A stretch of 63,772 nucleotides of DNA, counting the filler, from Reclinomonas americana ATCC 50394 (Eukaryota), in assembly GCA_048213135.1 (NCBI GenBank). It is 5 parts of 3 records of this genome, joined end to end, with 100 filler letters (N's around TTAATTAATTAA, not from the genome) between each part and the next. Parts side by side here need not be neighbours in the genome. Positions count along the whole stretch, not along the records: positions 50,072 to 58,980 come from PS015117.1; positions 59,081 to 63,772 come from PS015119.1; 3 more parts are not named here. The stretch is one strand, 5' to 3'. Made by a program: the position numbers and the translations under genes. Numbering within the stretch: the stretch's first letter is position 1; each line of letters starts with the position of its first letter. The notes beneath the pieces were generated by a model. That model was not told where the DNA came from. It was given only the letters and a program-made list of their open reading frames with translations, and did not search any database. Shown one piece after another: positions 55,801 to 63,772 of this stretch.

Positions 55801-58335
55801 CTCAACGCGCAGCGCATTCTGCAGCTGACGCGCTACCTCGAGGCGCTGCACACACAGTGCTTGGCCTCGGCCGACCACACCACCCTCCTCCTCAACTGCT
55901 ACACCAAGCTGAAGGATGATGCCAAGTTGGAGAGCTTTATCAAGGTGATCTTTATCTCTTGCATTTGACTCTTCCGATGGCAGCATCTCACACGGCTGTG
56001 ACGTAGACGCACGACGAGCAGCACTACGACGTCAAGACGGCCATTGCGGTGCTGCGCCAGGCCGAGTACATTGAGTATGCGCTGGACATGGCGCGCATGC
56101 ATCGCCAGTACGATTGGTGCTTGAAGATTTTGATCGAGGACCGCAAGCTGTACCGCGACGCCCTCAAGTACATTGCCACGCTGGTGTTTGAGGATGTGAG
56201 TTGATAGGGAAGGGAGGGGGAAAGGGAAAGGAGGAGAAGATAGGGAAGGGAAGCGAGATACTCGTTCTTGCGTCTTTGGCATTGTTTTTGAATTCTTATT
56301 CATTTCTTTCTACGCGCACTCTCTCCTCTCTGTCCTTGTCTCTCTGTTGCTTGTCTCTCTTTCTCTCACACACACTTGCCTACTTCTCAGTTAGTGCAGT
56401 TAGAAGGGAAGCGAGATTCTTTTCTCGCGTTCTTGCGTTTTGGCATTGTTTTTGAATTCTTATTCATTTCTTTCTACGCGCACTCTCTCCTCTCTGTCTG
56501 TCTCCCTCTCTCTGTTGTTTGTCTTTCTCTCTCTCACACACACTTGCCTACTTCTCTGTTAGTGCAGGTATTAAGTTCTGATCGAGAGGGGAGAAAGAGA
56601 AGGGATGATTGCAGAGAATCGCAGATAGCGTGATTGTGAAGTGTAGAGAGATGGCATGCTTTGCGAACAGCTGCGTGTGCTTTCGCGGAGAGAGAAAAGA
56701 GAGGATTGAGATGATCTCCTTTCAGTTTGAACAGTTTGTTTCAGTCAGGAGTTGTTTGTGCTGAGGAATGCAGTGGAGTGAGTAGGCAGTGAACATTGCT
56801 TGTTCCGAGGTGTGTGCGTGTGTGTGGGGAGAGAGAGAGAGAGAAGACAGTTTATCACAACGGACAGTTGCTTGTGCTGAGGGGAGTGCAGCAGAGGAGT
56901 CCTTCTGCTGTTCCTGTCGCGCCTCTTTGCTTACCGTCTCGACGCCTCCGCCACCAGGCCGAGAACTACATCAAGGTGTACGGCAAAACCCTCGTGACCC
57001 ACATCCCGGAGGAGGCCACCGAGTTCCTGAAGCGCCTGTGCACCGACTACCAGCCCGACGCCCCCGACGACCTCCAGCTTGCTCGTTTCGTGAGCTGATC
57101 GTCGGTCTCCGTGCTTCGCACCCTCGCTCATTCTTCTTTGCGCCTCCCTCCCATCGCAGCCGTCCGCAATCCGTTTGCCGATCTGGACGGTGGCAGTGGC
57201 AGCAGTGGACCGCGTCGTGCACCGGCCGAAGACTTTATCCATCTGTTTGTCGATGCGCCGTTCTGGCTGATGAAGTTCATCGAGCACGTGTTGCGTGTGG
57301 CCCGACCGACAACGACGTTGTTGCATGATACGCTGTTGGATTTGTACTTGCGCGATGAGGTAAGCGAAGGGGAACAAGGGGAAGGTTGATGTATGGATGG
57401 GTAGATACTGTGATTTGTATTCTCTTTACTCTTGTCGCGCCTGCTCTCTCTCTCTCACTCTCTGGGTGTTATATGCTTTCTCGTTTGGTGTTTTTTTGTT
57501 CTTCATGTGCAACGATGGTTGTGTCCATGCCTCTGTGTTTTCTGTTGTCCTCGATCTGCATGCCGCCTTCTCGACTACATTCTGATGGATTCGCGCTTCA
57601 TTTCATTCGTGTTCTTGATCCGCACTTTGTCATTTACTCCAAGCCAGTCTCTTTCTCTCTCTCTCGCTAACTCTCTCTCTCTCTCTCTCTCTCCCTCACT
57701 CTCTCACTCTCTGGTATTATATGCTTTCTCGATGGTGTTTCTGTTCTTCATGTGCAACGATGGTTCTGTCTATGCCTCTGCATTGTTTCCTACTGTCCTC
57801 GATCTGCATGCCGCCGTTTCTCTGTTTTTTTGCTTTATTATTTGGATACGCGCTTCATTTTCATTCGTGTTTTGATCCGTACTTTGTTATTTCTCCAAAC
57901 CCAGTCTCTCTCTCGCTCTCTCGCTCTCTCAATCTCCCTCTCTCTCTTTCTCGCTCTATCTCTCGCCTCTCCCTTTCCCTGTCCCTCCTCCTCCCGTCCC
58001 TCTTTCTCTCTCTCTCTCCCCCTCTGTCTCTCTTTCTTTTCTTCTTTCTTTCTCTTTCTTCCTTTTCTCTCTTTCTTTTTGTTTTCTTATTGTCGAGGTG
58101 TTAGCGCATTTCCTTTTTTCTCTCCTGCTCCTGTTCTCACACTCCTTGTGCCCTCCAGCTGCCGGTCACTGGATCGTCCCCCGAGGTCATGGGCGCCAGC
58201 TCGTCCAAGCCGTCCACCGCTGCCGCCGACGGTGAGGCGAGTGGTAGTGCGGCGGCGCCTGCGGCACCGTCGGCCACTGATGTGGATCGCGTGGAGAGGC
58301 GTCAGAAGGCGCTGACGTTGTTGCAGAGCCCGGAT
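52566..58335 (+). CDS. VPS11: Vacuolar protein sorting 11 (HOPS/CORVET), multi-exon, 3' part missing
   Basis: MLNLKRFQFFD start, VYFYSVEGRGPCYGFEG, LREKDTQKKLEILFRKNLY..AI.LA, YGDRLYSKGDYEAAMDQYLKTIGYLEPSYVIRKFLNAQRI, ADHTTLLLNCYTKLKD. Confidence 0.95.
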
Positions 58336-58811
58336 GTGAGTGCCTAATCGGAATGGGAGGGAGGGATGGAGGAAGAGAGAGGCAGGGAAGAAAGGTTGGA
58401 CAAGTGGCACAGCTGCTCTTCGTGACGCGGGCAAGTGCGAACGAGAAGGAACAGTGTTTGTGCGAGTGAGTGTATGTGAGACAGTGTGCGTGTGTGTATG
58501 TGTGTGTACGAGCGAGTGTAGGTGAGACAGTGTGTGCGAGACAGTGTGTGTATACACAAAGAGAGAGAGACAGAGACTGAAACGACTGTGTCTCCGTGTT
58601 TGTGTGCGGTGTGTGTGTACGTGAGAAGAGGCAATGATTGGCAGCGACGTTGTTGTTGTAGACTTGAGGCGGTGGAGGTCGGGGGACCATTTGTCGTTTT
58701 TCACACGCATGCTGTGCGTGATACAAGAGAAAGAGAGAGATTGCAGTGATGATTCGTATCTGATGAGCGTGCTTATGCGAAAGAGATAGAGCATGCGTAT
58801 GTGTGTGTGTG

Positions 58812-58857
<46 letters not shown>

Positions 58858-59084
58858 TGAGTAGTAGTAGTAGTTACGTTACGTTACTACAGTACTCGAC
58901 GGTCCGTTCGTTACGTTTTAGGTAGGGTAAGGAACGGAGGAGACGACGAAGTAAGTGTAGTAGTAGGTAGGTGGTCGGACNNNNNNNNNNNNNNNNNNNN
59001 NNNNNNNNNNNNNNNNNNNNNNNNTTAATTAATTAANNNNNNNNNNNNNNNNNNNNNNNNNNNNNNNNNNNNNNNNNNNNGGTA

Positions 59085-59116
<32 letters not shown>

Positions 59117-59350
59117 ACACACACACACACACAGAGTGAGAGAGAGAGAGAGAGAGAGGCAAGCAGGAAAAGAGACTGACAAGATGCGCGAGCGACTGTG
59201 TGAAGAACGAGAGAGGATGACCGTCGAGCGAGCACATCAGCTTCTGTCTCTACGCATGCGAGAGCGGCAGCGACAGTGTGTACACGAGAGAGACGCGACA
59301 GAGACAGCACTGATTTCGCGCTTTGATGCATGCACGAGCGATTTCCTCAC

Positions 59351-59566
59351 CGCAAACACCAACGGTCTCAACAACGCCGATGACGATGATGACGATGACG
59401 ATGCTCCACCTGATCGCCCAGTAGCACCAGCAGAGGCACTCCAGTGCGCTGCAAGTTCCTCCTCCAGTTCACTGAGTGCTTCCTCATCAAAACCACCCTC
59501 CGCGCGCTCCGCAAACTCCATGAGCTCATAGAGCCGGTGGAAGGGCCACCGATCCACTTGATCCAT
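59351..59566 (-). CDS. First exon of a gene truncated by the gap; resembles the N-terminus of nucleoporin Nup188/Nup205
   Basis: MDQVDRWPFHRLYELMEF...LSELEEELAAHW...LLRPLVFA, then a GTGAG donor. Similarity to Nup188 is from memory only. Confidence 0.4.
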
Positions 59567-59789
59567 GGTCACACTCACTCACACAAGAGAGTGGGCAAGT
59601 GAGAGACAAGCGCGAAATGTCGCACTCCACTGTGACCGCGCCTGACAGAGTCGATGCACACACACGCGTAAGAGTGAGAGGCACACAAGTGGCGATGTGC
59701 GTTGCTCTCTGTGTGTGCGCGCGCGTGTGTGCGTGTGAAAGTGTCAGTCACGCGCAGGACACTTTTGTTGTGTGTTAGAGTGAGAGAGA

Positions 59790-61639
<1,850 letters not shown>

Positions 61640-61741
61640 GGCGCAGGGGGGTGCAGAGCGAGTGTGCAGTGTAGAATCGCGAATCGAATATGGAGGGGTG
61701 GGGAGGGGTTTATGATACAGGGCTGGTGTGGAACTCACGCT

Positions 61742-63556
61742 CTACTGCTGCTGCTGCTCCCGATCCTCGTCCGTCGGATGCGGAATGGTGTACGAGAGGG
61801 CAAAGATGTCGCCGCCGTCGCTCGGCTGCAGTGCGAGCAACGAGCGAGTGAGTGAGTGAGCGGGACGACAAGCATGAGTGTGTGCACGACGCAACTTGAT
61901 TGGCGTGATGCTGTTGGCCGCAGGCGGCGACAATCTGCACGAGAACGCGCACGGTGTGAGGCACTATGGCAGAAAGATGATCGACATGCACCACGAACCA
62001 CATGGTTCTGGTCTGGCGAGTACGCCATGTCAATGAAGAATTGACTGCCGCGGGCCGTGTACGTGGCCAGCGGAATGCGCGAGTTGGTGGAGAAGAGCTG
62101 CACTTGCGGAATGGTATTGTCCTGTGGGGGGATGCAGGTCAACACCAACAGGCACTGCAGACATGCAGTTGTCGCAGGCACGCAACTCCATCGCCAAACG
62201 ACGCCGCCGCCATGTAGTACTCGTTGGTGGCGTTGGGTCGTGACAGCAGAGCCACACTCCAAATGGCGTCCTTGTCGCTGGTGTCGGCATTCTCTGCACA
62301 TCACCTGCGTGTCAGCTGCAACATGGCGTGCGTCGCACTGCGTACCCCCGCAGCCGCACGCAACTCGGATACATGTACGACCAGCGAGCCGCAAGTGGGA
62401 ATGGCGGATCGGAGAACGGAGTCTTGTACAGCTGCGAGAGATAGAGAGAGATTTTTGTCAGTCACGCTTTCCTGCGACGTTTGACAGGTACGCGCGCGAT
62501 CCACACCGTGAGAATGTTCTGCGAGAAGAACTTGTGGTACCAGCCAATGGCCACGGCGCCCTCGGCAAATGTACACGTGCCGGCGGCCATTTGCGTCGAG
62601 AACGGCCCATCCGGAGGAAGAATCTGTCGGAACTTCTCCAGCCGCGTGCCCGAGTCGTTGCTCTTGTAGATCTCCAGGTGGCCATCGTAGCCGACAACCA
62701 GGTACTTGCCGTCGGGCGACATGCACAAGGCATTGGAGAGGTACGGAGCGGTGTCATTCAGCAGCGTGTTGCCCTTTTCGTCGAACGCCACCACCAGGCC
62801 AGTCTTGTCAGCTGCGGCGAGAAGGTGAGTGGCAAAAGACATGAACACGTGTGCGTGCGTGCACACGCAACTGTCACGCCGCACGACCAGCGCCATCGCC
62901 CTGCCGTCGGCACGCGCTGCCATCGACCACGCCTCGTACGTGGCCGGCAGCGGTTGCTTCATAATCACGCCGCCCGTGTGCTGATCCAGCATCAGCGCGT
63001 ACGACTGGATGGTTGGTTTCTGCGGGGAAGAGTGTCGATAATGAGCACCACATCACGAACAGGCAAAGGCAATGACGCACGCTTCTGTCGGTGAGCGCCG
63101 ACAACATGATCTTCCCATCGTTGGAGAGCAGAATGGTGTTGATGCCGGGCGGGTCGCACGGCTGCTGCCCACAGTCATAGATCTACTCCTCCCACACACG
63201 CATGTGAGCAACAACCACAGAGAATCACCACCAACAAGAAGAGACGCACCCACGCCGAGTTCTGCGAGGTGACCGACGAGCCGCCCTCGAAGCGCACTCG
63301 CGAATACGTCTGGTACTGCACCGCTACCGCAAACTCTCCCGTCTCACTGCTCAACCCCCTCAAATGAGCAACGAGGAACCTCCACCAATGAGAGACACAA
63401 GACACACACCGTGAGGCTGCTGTAAACGCATCGCCCATCTCCGATCGCTGCCACATGACTGGCGCATCCGCAATCGCCGGTCTCAGTGTGACATTATACG
63501 GTGGATTCAGCAGCAGTGCGCTCAGCACAAGCGCCGTCTGCTGTCCCTGATAAGGC
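61742..63556 (-). CDS. Multi-exon hypothetical beta-propeller-like protein; 5' end probably beyond the window
   Basis: Spliced segments such as INTILLSNDGKIML, SNALCMSPDGKYLVVGYDG, QVQLF...GSQFFIDM, IVAACGQQHHAN..GGDIFAL, separated by short GT-AG introns. Confidence 0.6.
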
Positions 63557-63772
63557 CTACATAACAGCAAAAGAAAACAATGAGAAGACAGACGGAGAAA
63601 AACGGAATGCGTTTCTGTGAGTGAGTGAGTGAGTGAGTGAGGAAGGGAGAGAGAAGGGGGAGCGTGAGGGCTGTGTGTGTGTGCAAGTGTGTGCAAGTGT
63701 GTGCAAGAGTATGTTCCTGACTGTCTCCCTCCCTCCCTCCTCTCTCTCTCTCTCTCTCTGTGTAGTGTGTGT

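Overview
Gappy draft assembly of an intron-rich microbial eukaryote (protist) nuclear genome. It has short GT-AG introns plus long CT/CA/AG-microsatellite introns, N gaps and TTAATTAATTAA linker spacers. Recognisable housekeeping genes are a mitochondrial-type prolyl-tRNA synthetase, a gamma-butyrobetaine-dioxygenase-family enzyme, a CLC Cl-/H+ exchanger, an alphaproteobacterial/mitochondrial-type FtsZ, V-ATPase subunit B, COP9 subunit CSN2, VPS11, RPB8 and a possible Nup188 first exon. Accessory, conflict-like content is interspersed. (i) Two clusters of intronless ~7-repeat WD40 genes (6 complete plus 3-4 partial copies) with near-identical scaffolds, variable top-face residues and a conserved helical C-terminal tail. 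(ii) A four-member family of unknown two-exon membrane proteins interleaved with the second WD40 cluster. (iii) A Crinkler-like P-loop NTPase + restriction-endonuclease-fold gene. (iv) A possible HNH-like protein inside the first WD40 cluster. (v) A ~320-bp tandem repeat of an apparent first-exon unit. All family assignments are from motif recognition by eye, and exon boundaries are approximate.
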